IMG/VR virus record: IMGVR_UViG_3300012359_000002
Coordinates: 1 to 64,000 of that record
Source: a virus
DNA length: 64,000 nt
Direction: 5' to 3' (one strand)
Below the pieces are notes generated by a model. The model was not told the origin of the DNA. It saw only the letters and a program-made list of their open reading frames with translations, and did not search any database. Each line of letters begins with the position of its first letter. The stretch's first letter is position 1. The position numbers and the translations under genes were made by a program. Of this stretch, positions 1-8,218 are shown piece after piece.

Positions 1-298
1 AGGGCTCGCCGATCGCGACGTGACAGGTGGAGCACGCGACCAGGGCCTCGACCTCGACCGCGCCGGGCGAGCGTTTCACAAGCTTCGGCGTGATCGCGAC
101 GCGCCCGGCGTCGGTGAGCATCGGACGCGTGTGGCCGTCGGCGTCAGTGGCGTAGGTGACGAGTCCGCGAGCGGTGAGAGCGCGCATCGCGGCCGAGTAG
201 GCACCGCGCGTCGTGAAGAGGTGGTAGGGCTCCTTGCCGTCGCGGATCGCGGCTAGGGTCTGCTTCTGCTTCGCGTTGAGCTTCTTCGAGTTCGTCAT
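1..298 (-). CDS. Hypothetical protein, runs off the window (MTNSKKLNAKQKQTLAAIRDG...), possibly winged-helix-like
   Basis: Open frame read manually from ATG at 298 (alternative GTG at 367), directly downstream of 370-975. Confidence 0.5.
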   Translation of the reverse strand, partial: MTNSKKLNAKQKQTLAAIRDGKEPYHLFTTRGAYSAAMRALTARGLVTYATDADGHTRPMLTDAGRVAITPKLVKRSPGAVEVEALVACSTCHVAIGEP

Positions 299-369
299 GG
301 CCGTCTTTCCCGTGGCAGTCGAGGCGATCGTGAAGTCGCGGAAGGCGCGCGTTCCGTCGGTGGGCACGG

Positions 370-975
370 TCAGCTCCTGATGGCGACGACGTTGGAGGTG
401 GGCTGTGGGTTGACGAGGAGGTCGAACTGGCGCGCCACGGCGCGCGAGGCCTCGGTGGACTCGTCGGGGCGGTCGTTGAAGAGGAGGATCGAGCCGCAGC
501 GGCAGCAGCGGTAGTCGAGGACGACGCGGAAGTCGACGCGGGTGCCGCCGCAGCGCATCCACCCGCGCTCGCGCGCCGTCTCGTTGTGCTTGCAGGCCTT
601 CTTCTTGCCGGAGGGCACCACCGCCGGGAGGGCGGCGACCGCAGCCTGGAACCGCGCGGCGCGCTCCTCGTGCGTCTCGCCGGCCAGCGCCACCTCGCCG
701 AGCCCGCCGATCACTGCGTCGGCGAGCTGCGCGTACTCCTGCGCGGTCGCCATCGTGTTGAACGGGATTTTGGCCTCGGCCGCGAGGTTCTTCGTGACTT
801 CCCAGCGCATCGCGCCTTCCATCTGGTCGTCGCAGGAGACGACGACGCCGAGAGCCATCAGCTTCGCGAGGTTGCCCTTCGCGTTGTCGAAGCGGGCCTT
901 GCGGGCGGACTCGATCGCGGCGTGGTGGGCGGTGATCAGGCTGTTCAGGAGGGCGGTGCGCGCGTCGGTTGTCAT
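370..975 (-). CDS. Hypothetical protein with C-terminal Cys cluster
   Basis: 201-aa ORF, GAAAGGGAA RBS-like sequence upstream, GC3-rich codons. Confidence 0.65.
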   Translation of the reverse strand: MTTDARTALLNSLITAHHAAIESARKARFDNAKGNLAKLMALGVVVSCDDQMEGAMRWEVTKNLAAEAKIPFNTMATAQEYAQLADAVIGGLGEVALAGETHEERAARFQAAVAALPAVVPSGKKKACKHNETARERGWMRCGGTRVDFRVVLDYRCCRCGSILLFNDRPDESTEASRAVARQFDLLVNPQPTSNVVAIRS

Positions 976-1295
976 GTGAGTTCCCTTTCGGTGCGTCGGT
1001 GCGGTGTTGGTGCGGGGCCCGGTGCGGACGGGCCCCGCGGCGGTGCTACTCCAGCGCCTTCACGAGGAGGAGGACGACGACCACGGCGACGAAGAAGTGC
1101 ATGGCGGGTTCCCTTTCAGGCTTCCCGGCCTCCCGGGCCGGTTTCGGTGGCGCCCCAGCGGCGCCTTTAAAAGCATCCTCTCGCGTTCAATCCAGGGTGC
1201 ATAGACCCCTTTTGGGTAGAACAAGCTAAGTCCTTGAAATAACTAACGAAAGTAATGTCATTGAATCCGTATTCAAGGTGAACTAGATCGGGTGG

Positions 1296-2867
1296 ATGAC
1301 CGACAAGACGAACGCGCCTGGTAGCTCCGGCAGCCTGGAACCGGCACCGGGCGCGTCTGTAGGCTCCCGCAGCCGCGAACTCGTCCCGTTGCACGCGAAA
1401 GTGCTTGCTCTAGGCTCCAGCGCGCCTGGTGTGAATCCGGCACGCGTCTATCACGACGCCAAGGCAAAGGGTTCGCGCCCGGCGGTGCGCTCGGTGCTGA
1501 ACAGGCTTGCCGGCTGGCTCCTGGGCCTCGACCGAGCCGCGACTTGGGAGGAGACGACGGCGCTCCCTTGGTGGGAAGTGCGTGCTCGTCACGTTAGCCT
1601 GCTTCGCGCGCGGCTCGTCGAAGCTGGTGCCGCCCGCACCACGAACCGCGACCTCTCGCTGCTGCGAAGCGTCCTGACGGTGGCGTGGGAGAACGAGCAG
1701 ATGCCACTTGAGGCGTATCAGCGCGCCGTTCACGTGAAGGGTGTGGACAAGGACAAGACCAAGGCCGGTCGCGCACTCAAGGTCGAGGAGCTGCGGGAGC
1801 TGATGAAAACGTGTGAGGAGATGCCAGAGCGTGAAGGTGTCCGTGCAGCGGCGATCCTCGCAACCATGTACGGAGCTGGACTGCGCCGCGTCGAGATCGC
1901 ACGCGGCGTGCTCTATGAGTCGGTGGACGTCGAGACCGGTGAGATCCGCGTTCTCGGCAAGCGAAGCAAGATCCGCAAAGCGTATATGGCACCGGGCTGG
2001 GTCAGGTACCTGCGGAGCTGGCGCGTGCTTCGAGGTGACGCTCCCGGTGCGTTCTTCGAGCTGACCTCGCCGGAGTCGGTGGCGCGCGTGATCGAAGAGG
2101 TTCGCGAACGGGCTGGCGTTGCCCACTTCACACCGCACGATCTCCGGCGCAGCTTTGGCACGCACCTGCTCAGCGATAACCGCGACCTTGGCCTTGTGAA
2201 GGAGCTGATGGGTCACGACGACGTTCGCACCACACTGCTCTATGACCGGCGAGGTGAAGTCGAGATGCGCGAGGCGATCACCTCGCTTCCAGGACCACTT
2301 GCTATCGAAGACGAGGACGAACGTGAGCGACTAGCTCGACTTTTCGTGAATGGACGCACACCTCCGCGATCGAGTTACGACGTCAAGGATGTCTTCGCGC
2401 ACGGTGAGCATTTTGGCGACTGGGATCTCGCGAACATCGAGGCCTTGCGTGACGAGATTCACGCCGGCAACGTCACCGTCGAGCAAGTAAAACTCCCAGA
2501 ACGCGCCTACGACGCAACTTATCTTCACCGCTTCTCAGGCAAAGAAGATCACCAGCAACTCTGCGCACAGGCGGCGGATTGGGTTGCAGCGCGCCGCCTT
2601 CGACCGAGCATCGAACGTCGACACCTCGTTTACGCTGGTGGCATTGCCGATGTTGCAGACATTAGCGGTCGAATGTTTGTCGAGTGCGGAAACACGCAGG
2701 TTCGAAAAGTGCTAACAGCACTCGCTCAACGGCAACCGGTGCTTGTCGTGCCATATCTCAACACGATACCAACGGTTGGTTTTTTATTCGCCGCGCAACG
2801 GAAGCTAGTGTGGGCGGCGAAGCTATCGGATCCGGTCGCCCGTGGCGCCTCGGGCTCGATTAAGTAG
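1296..2867 (+). CDS. int: Tyrosine recombinase/integrase with ~190-aa C-terminal extension
   Basis: Catalytic motifs GLRRVEI (R), GKRSK (K), HDLRRSF (HxxR), LMGHDD (H), TTLLYDR (Y). Confidence 0.92.
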   Translation: MTDKTNAPGSSGSLEPAPGASVGSRSRELVPLHAKVLALGSSAPGVNPARVYHDAKAKGSRPAVRSVLNRLAGWLLGLDRAATWEETTALPWWEVRARHVSLLRARLVEAGAARTTNRDLSLLRSVLTVAWENEQMPLEAYQRAVHVKGVDKDKTKAGRALKVEELRELMKTCEEMPEREGVRAAAILATMYGAGLRRVEIARGVLYESVDVETGEIRVLGKRSKIRKAYMAPGWVRYLRSWRVLRGDAPGAFFELTSPESVARVIEEVRERAGVAHFTPHDLRRSFGTHLLSDNRDLGLVKELMGHDDVRTTLLYDRRGEVEMREAITSLPGPLAIEDEDERERLARLFVNGRTPPRSSYDVKDVFAHGEHFGDWDLANIEALRDEIHAGNVTVEQVKLPERAYDATYLHRFSGKEDHQQLCAQAADWVAARRLRPSIERRHLVYAGGIADVADISGRMFVECGNTQVRKVLTALAQRQPVLVVPYLNTIPTVGFLFAAQRKLVWAAKLSDPVARGASGSIK

Positions 2868-3087
2868 AACCCTCGGGCGACGGGCGCTTCTCGAAGGAGT
2901 CGGCAGCGCAAGCGGCGTGTCCTGGGCAGCAGCCGAGCGCGCGCGTGTCGCCCTTCACGCGTGGGCTCGTGTACGGGTGCCACGACCAGCCGGGCGGGAT
3001 TGGCGAGTCGTAGACCATCGGGGCGAGGACACCCTCGACCACGTCGATCTTGCCGCACCACGCGCACCGCCACGTTGTCGTGCTCAC
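2860..3087 (-). CDS. Small Cys-rich hypothetical protein
   Basis: GTG start overlapping the upstream stop; CAWC and CC..H..C. Confidence 0.5.
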   Translation of the reverse strand: MSTTTWRCAWCGKIDVVEGVLAPMVYDSPIPPGWSWHPYTSPRVKGDTRALGCCPGHAACAADSFEKRPSPEGST

Positions 3088-3494
3088 GTCGACTTCTCGG
3101 GCAGCACCATGGGCTCGCCGGTGCCAGCGTCGACCTTCGCCTGGTGCTTCTCGCGGAAGTGCGCGACGTCGTGGCTCTCGATCCGGTTCAGCTCCTTGTC
3201 CGTCACCGCGATCGGATCGATCCCAACGCCCTCGCAGAGCGCGAGCAGCGTCAGCATGGAGCCGGCGATCTCCTGATCGGCGGTGCCAGCGGGCCGTGAG
3301 TAGACGCGGTGGACGATCCGCGCAACGTCGATCGGCGAGAGGCCCAGCGCCTGCCCCAGCTCGACCGACTCCTCGACGTGACGCGAGGCGCGCTCGCGCT
3401 TCGAGGTGAGGTTCGCGAGGCCGAAGCAGCGCGTCGTCCACGCGCGGATCCGGCGCTGGAAGTCTCGAACGATGCTCGTTCCGTGCTGGTTCAT
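3084..3494 (-). CDS. MazG-like all-alpha NTP pyrophosphohydrolase
   Basis: RHVEESVEL...QEIAG acidic helical pattern; adjacent to Tmk. Confidence 0.6.
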   Translation of the reverse strand: MNQHGTSIVRDFQRRIRAWTTRCFGLANLTSKRERASRHVEESVELGQALGLSPIDVARIVHRVYSRPAGTADQEIAGSMLTLLALCEGVGIDPIAVTDKELNRIESHDVAHFREKHQAKVDAGTGEPMVLPEKST

Positions 3495-3498
3495 GGCA

Positions 3499-4170
3499 TC
3501 ACCGCGGGTCGAGGCTGCGCTGGAGCCTCGCCTCGTACCACGCGCAGACCTCGGCGAAGACCTCGTCGGGCGTGCGCGTCGCGTCGATCTGGCGCCAGTT
3601 CCCGTTCGACAGGCGCATCTGTTGCCAGAGGTCGAGGTACCGCTCGCGCGCCGCGGTGAGACGCGCGCCGGTCTCGTACGTCTCCGACTCCCCCGCACCG
3701 CGCGCGATTGCGACCCCTGCCGGCACGTCGAGGAGGAAGCAGAGGGTGGGCTCGGGCAGCCCGTAGTGGATCGAGCGAAGCCACTCCGCGTCGCAGCCGT
3801 CGACCGCGCCGTAGACGAGTGCGGACGGAACCCAGCGCGAGGTGACGACGACCTTCCCGTCGAGTTGCTTGTCGCTGATCCAGCGCGCGGCCTCGATCTT
3901 GTTCACGCTCATGAGCGCTTGCAGCGCGATCGCCTGCATGCGTTCATCGCGCTGCCACTGGTACTCCTCACTTTGGAACGTCTGACCGGTTGGCTGTTGG
4001 AAATAGCAGACGGAAGCGTTGCCATGCAGGAAGGCGTCGATCACCTTCCCGCTCGGCGTGGTGCGATCGGGGAACTCGCGATAGATCGCGCGCGATCCGA
4101 TGCGTTCGGCGAGACGACGCGCGACGGTCGTCTTGCCACTCTTGTCGATGCCTTCACAGACGATGAACAT
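3499..4170 (-). CDS. tmk: Thymidylate (dTMP) kinase
   Basis: FIVCEGIDKSGKTT P-loop, REFPDR, SRWVPSALVYG, PTLCFLLDV. Confidence 0.9.
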   Translation of the reverse strand: MFIVCEGIDKSGKTTVARRLAERIGSRAIYREFPDRTTPSGKVIDAFLHGNASVCYFQQPTGQTFQSEEYQWQRDERMQAIALQALMSVNKIEAARWISDKQLDGKVVVTSRWVPSALVYGAVDGCDAEWLRSIHYGLPEPTLCFLLDVPAGVAIARGAGESETYETGARLTAARERYLDLWQQMRLSNGNWRQIDATRTPDEVFAEVCAWYEARLQRSLDPR

Positions 4171-4172
4171 GA

Positions 4173-5537
4173 CTACCTCCCCGCGAGAAAGCGCTTCTTG
4201 TACTCCTCGTCAACCACGATCGAGGAGCCGATATGCCCAGAGATCAGCTCGGTGTCGACGTGCAAGAGCACGCCGATCTTCTTGCAGTTGAGCGAGAAGG
4301 CGAAGTCCTCGCCGCACTTGTTGTCGAAGCCGCCGTAGTACAGGCGCGTGCCGGGCACGATCACCTTGCCCTCAGCGTCCTTCAGGCCCTCGCGCAGCCG
4401 CTTGATCACCGAGGTCCGCATGACCGAGCAGTGGAACCCGGAGACGTCGACTCGACGCAGCCCGGTATGCTCGATGCCTTCCATCGGTCGCCCGAGCAGC
4501 CCGTCCTCGCCGATCTCGAAGGCACAGGTGAAGTGTGGGGGCCCGCGCTGGTACGCGAGCGCGCAGACGATGTCCTTCTGGTGCGTGAGCAGCCGGCGCA
4601 GGAGGTCGGTCGGGAAGGTCGCGTCGTCGTCGAGCTGCACGAGCCAGTCGTAACCGTTGTCGAGCGCGTAGTCGGCGACGAGGGTTCGAGCGGCATGAAT
4701 CGGCGTGCGGGAGTGGTGGTAATACTGGAAGCCGATCCCGTCGGAGCGCTTGAGCCCCATGAGATTCCCCATGAACTGTACGCGGGTCATCTCCTCGGCG
4801 TGGAACGTCGCGACGAGCCCGCGGCCCTGCACCTTGGTGTGCTCGGCGACCCACTCCCGACCCCACTTCTCGACGAGGCGCTCGTTGTACTTCTTGTCGT
4901 TGGCCTGCCGGCGCTCCGCGTCGCCGACCGTCGCCGCCAGCGTCCGCGACCCGGCGTGGAGCACGATCGCGCTCGGCGCGATCTTGATCGAGAGCCCAGC
5001 CTTCGCGACGCGCCAGGAGTAGTCGAGATCCTCCGAGCTGAACCCGTCGAAGGTCACCTCGTCGAGCGGGCCGACGGTGTTCCAGACCTCGCGGCGCAGC
5101 ACCACGCACATGAAGATCAGGAAGGGCGGGTCGCCGACCACGTTGCCGGGCGCACCGGAGTACGGGCCGGCGAGGCCGACGTGCTTTGAGGCCGCCACCT
5201 GCAGGAGCACGGAGTCCCAGCCCTCAGTCACGATCGCGTCGTCGTTCAGGATGGCGATGAACTTCGAGGTGCCGACGCTGACGCCTGCGTTGACGCCGTT
5301 CGAGAAGGACTTGTTCTCGCCCAATCGAATGACGGTGTGCCCGCGATCCTCGACCGTCTTAAGCAGTGCGTGAGTAGCCGGCTCTTTCGACGCCGAGTCG
5401 ACGACGATCAGGCGGAAGGGGTTCCGCGTGAAGGCCTCGACCGCGCGGATTGCGAGGTCCGCCCACGCCGCCTGATCGTGAACGAGCATGACGATGTCGA
5501 CGAGTGGTGTGCGCTTCTCCATTTTGTTCTCCCTCAC
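4173..5537 (-). CDS. Glycosyltransferase with two GT2-like domains
   Basis: IVVDSAS, ILNDD, SEDLDYSWR in domain 1; LVQLDDD, GEDFAFS in domain 2. Confidence 0.85.
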   Translation of the reverse strand: MRENKMEKRTPLVDIVMLVHDQAAWADLAIRAVEAFTRNPFRLIVVDSASKEPATHALLKTVEDRGHTVIRLGENKSFSNGVNAGVSVGTSKFIAILNDDAIVTEGWDSVLLQVAASKHVGLAGPYSGAPGNVVGDPPFLIFMCVVLRREVWNTVGPLDEVTFDGFSSEDLDYSWRVAKAGLSIKIAPSAIVLHAGSRTLAATVGDAERRQANDKKYNERLVEKWGREWVAEHTKVQGRGLVATFHAEEMTRVQFMGNLMGLKRSDGIGFQYYHHSRTPIHAARTLVADYALDNGYDWLVQLDDDATFPTDLLRRLLTHQKDIVCALAYQRGPPHFTCAFEIGEDGLLGRPMEGIEHTGLRRVDVSGFHCSVMRTSVIKRLREGLKDAEGKVIVPGTRLYYGGFDNKCGEDFAFSLNCKKIGVLLHVDTELISGHIGSSIVVDEEYKKRFLAGR

Positions 5538-6391
5538 GGCTTCTGAAAGTAGATTCCGTTTCCGTCGATGTGCCGCATTGTTGATTCGGCGCGAACGATC
5601 TCGTCTTCGGTGTAAATGCTACCGAGGTAGTCGCTCACCGCCTTCGCTGCCGGTGGCAAGTTGAAGTCATCGATGATGCAGAAGCCGCCCGACGAAAGTT
5701 GCGGATAGAGCGCGGTGAGGATGTTTGTCGTCGACTCGTACATGTCACCGTCGAGTCGCAGTAGTGCTAGCTTTTGGATTTGACGTGAAGCGACGGCTGG
5801 CGCCAGCGCGTCCTTGAAGAGGCCCTTCACGAAGATCGTGCGCTCGTCGAGGAACCCGTACCGCGCGAAGTTCCGCTGCACCTCTTCGAGCGAGACGTTG
5901 AGCGTTTCGTGCTGGTGATGGAGATCCCCCACGTCCTCCGCGCACGCCGGTGGCGGTAGCCCTGCGAACGAATCGCAGGCGAAGACCCGCGGTGCGAAAC
6001 TGGCCGCGCGGGGGAACTCGCTCTCCAGCGCAGCCAGGACGCCGCGCATGAAGATGCAGGCGCCTCCGCGCCAGACGCCGGCTTCGAGAAAGTCTCCCGG
6101 GATGCCGAGATCGTAGATTCGTTCGATCAGCTCGCGCAGGTTCGCGAGGCGCACCGCACCGATCATGGTCTCGGCGGTCTCGGGCCAGTCACGCCCGCGG
6201 CGGCGCACCTCGGCGTCGTACTTGCCGGGACCGATCTGGTAGCGCGCGCCGATCACGGTCTGTTCCAGCGGAACGATCTCGTGCACCGGGTTCCTGATGA
6301 CGCCGTGCCACGGATCGATCGGTGGGTCCTCGCGCAGTTCGCCGGTGAGCGTGCGGGCGAGGAGGTCGAGGTAGAGGTCGTACGGCGTCAC
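5534..6391 (-). CDS. TylF/MycF-family sugar O-methyltransferase
   Basis: TMIGAVRLANL, GDFLEAGVWRGG, DSFAGLP, LRLDGDMYEST, IIDDF; GTG start at 6391. Confidence 0.9.
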   Translation of the reverse strand: MTPYDLYLDLLARTLTGELREDPPIDPWHGVIRNPVHEIVPLEQTVIGARYQIGPGKYDAEVRRRGRDWPETAETMIGAVRLANLRELIERIYDLGIPGDFLEAGVWRGGACIFMRGVLAALESEFPRAASFAPRVFACDSFAGLPPPACAEDVGDLHHQHETLNVSLEEVQRNFARYGFLDERTIFVKGLFKDALAPAVASRQIQKLALLRLDGDMYESTTNILTALYPQLSSGGFCIIDDFNLPPAAKAVSDYLGSIYTEDEIVRAESTMRHIDGNGIYFQKP

Positions 6392-6969
6392 GATTGCACC
6401 GCCCGCAGAACGACGAGCCCGTTGTTGTTCTTCCGGTCCTCGATCAGTTCCCACTGCGGGAAGCTGTGGCAGCGCTGGAACCAGCGGATTGCCGCGCGGA
6501 GACCGGGAACCGAGCCGTCTTCACCGACGTCACCGAACGTGGCGGTGTCGTGGAAGACGAGGTAGCGCCGCACCTTCTTCTCGGTGGGGTCGGCGTGGCG
6601 CACCAGCTCCGCCTTGAGCTGCGCGGCGGTGTGCAGCGTGTCGATGAAGAGGAGATCGGTGGACTCGGCGACGATTTCGAGCGTGTTGCCGACGCGTGGC
6701 TGGAACGTCGTGTTGCCGGCCACCGCAGTCAGATCGGCGGTGCGTTGTGAGATCACCGACCACGGGTCCACGTCCCACGAGATGAGCACACGTGGCTGCG
6801 CAGCGAGGAGCGACACCGTCGAGTTGCCGTTGCGCATTCCGAATTCGGTGACGTGGTCGCACTCGCTCGCGAGCTGACGGAGAAGCGACAGGTGCTCGAC
6901 GATGTCGGACGGCTCCGACAGCGCTTGCTGGTACAGCGCCTCCAGCTCCGGCGGCGGTGTGCGAATCAC
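6388..6969 (-). CDS. Class I SAM-dependent methyltransferase (Methyltransf_24-like)
   Basis: SDIVEHL, VTEFGMRNGNST, DLLFIDTLH, VFHDT, NNNGLVVL. Confidence 0.8.
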   Translation of the reverse strand: MIRTPPPELEALYQQALSEPSDIVEHLSLLRQLASECDHVTEFGMRNGNSTVSLLAAQPRVLISWDVDPWSVISQRTADLTAVAGNTTFQPRVGNTLEIVAESTDLLFIDTLHTAAQLKAELVRHADPTEKKVRRYLVFHDTATFGDVGEDGSVPGLRAAIRWFQRCHSFPQWELIEDRKNNNGLVVLRAVQS

Positions 6970-7208
6970 GTGGACGGCTCCTTGTCGGTGAGGACCAGCA
7001 CTTCGCGGCGTTCGCCGCGAAGTGCGCGTCGCACGAGCAGTCGAAGCTCGATCTGCCACGGGATCCCCTGCTTGTTGGCGATCACCTTCACCTGCTCCAC
7101 GTCCTCGCTGAAGAGGCGCGTGTGAACCTCGGTGAGAGGGAGCGGGCCCTGGTCCTTCACAGCGCTCTTCACAGCGGCGCGGCGCTTAGCGGACTTTTCG
7201 GACCTCAT
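6966..7208 (-). CDS. Small ribbon-helix-helix/CopG-like regulator
   Basis: VHTRLFSEDVEQVKVIANKQGIPWQIELRLLV; first gene of the modification operon. Confidence 0.5.
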   Translation of the reverse strand: MRSEKSAKRRAAVKSAVKDQGPLPLTEVHTRLFSEDVEQVKVIANKQGIPWQIELRLLVRRALRGERREVLVLTDKEPST

Positions 7209-7330
7209 AGGTGGCTTTCTGGACGAAAGCGTACCGATTAGCAAGTGGGGCCCGGCGATCGAGCGGCGGCTGTACTAGCCTCGTGTTCTTCAAGGTGGTT
7301 TCACCACCAACCCGAACAGGAGTCACAACC

Positions 7331-7582
7331 ATGGGCGCGTACTACACCTTCACCGGAGGCGTCGGAGTTGCATCGGCCGCCGCCTTCACCTTCACGCATT
7401 CCCTCTCGATCACCCCCTCCCTCCTCGTCGCGCGCGTCATCCCCCACCAGCCGCTGCAGACGAACACCGCCCCGCTCATGATCGGCACGGTCGGCACCAA
7501 CGTCGTCACCGTGCAGAGCGCGGTCGGCACGCTCCAGACGTTCGACCTCGAAGTGCAGCAGATCCACTCGCTGATCTCGTAA
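7331..7582 (+). CDS. Small beta-rich protein, probably highly expressed (virion?)
   Basis: AGGAG RBS, strongly biased codons, followed by a terminator hairpin. Confidence 0.6.
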   Translation: MGAYYTFTGGVGVASAAAFTFTHSLSITPSLLVARVIPHQPLQTNTAPLMIGTVGTNVVTVQSAVGTLQTFDLEVQQIHSLIS

Positions 7583-7600
7583 GCCAGCGATCGAACGAAC

Positions 7601-7634
7601 GAGGGGCCCGGGGGATGCTCTCCCCGGGCCCCTC
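7601..7634. terminator. GC-rich hairpin between convergent genes (bidirectional terminator)
   Basis: GAGGGGCCCGGGG / CCCCGGGCCCCTC 13-bp stem. Confidence 0.75.
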
Positions 7635-7658
7635 TCTTCGTCCAGCCGTGCCGTTTGG

Positions 7659-7952
7659 CTAGGGCGTGGGCGTTCCGACCTCGATCGTCGCGCTGGTGGC
7701 AGCGCTCGCGACGACGGTGATGTCCACCACTGCCGTGAGCCCGTCGCCGCTTGCGGTGACGGTCGCGGTGCCGAGCGGGCCCACCGCAGTCGCCACGGCG
7801 TCGGGGCCGCCCGGCGTCACCTGCGAGACCGACACCACCAACGGGTTTGAAGAGCTGAACGAGACGGACGCGGGCGCGCCGACCGGGTTCCCCTTCCCGT
7901 CCTGCTCCACGAACTTCAGGCCCACCGTCTGTACGTCGCTGATCTGCGCCAT
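7659..7952 (-). CDS. Ig-like (Big_2-type) domain protein; ORF is open further upstream to 8171
   Basis: VSFSSSNPLVVSV...AVGPLGTATVTAS pattern; GGAAGGAG RBS before the ATG at 7952. Confidence 0.65.
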   Translation of the reverse strand: MAQISDVQTVGLKFVEQDGKGNPVGAPASVSFSSSNPLVVSVSQVTPGGPDAVATAVGPLGTATVTASGDGLTAVVDITVVASAATSATIEVGTPTP

Positions 7953-8218
7953 GACGTGATCTCCTTCCAGCACGCCCCCGTTGGGGAGCGTCACCTTGAG
8001 TACGGCGTTGGACTGCACCAGAAGTTCGTCTCTGATCTCGACGAGCAGCCCGCCGACCTCGTGGAGCTGCGCCATGATCCCGCGGAGCAAGGCCAGCGCC
8101 TGGAGCGCCGATCGCCCGAAGATGAACATGCGCGCGAGCCTATGCGAAAAAACGGGCGCTCGCACTTCCATGCGTGCTCCACTAGGATTCTGCCTTGACT
8201 TTCGAGGAGATCCCCAAC

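Noticed and set aside
1227-1235. Spacer TAAGTCCTT (14952-14960) matches DNA upstream of the integrase; TCTTGCGGG also matches near 34574
   Set aside because: Neither neighbouring spacer of TAAGTCCTT matches the adjacent DNA in the opposite-strand geometry. Isolated 9-mer hits are expected by chance with ~36 spacers in 64 kb.
1160-1295. attP/attL site next to the integrase
   Set aside because: The region is AT-rich and plausible, but I found no duplicated core, tRNA fragment or host boundary in the window.
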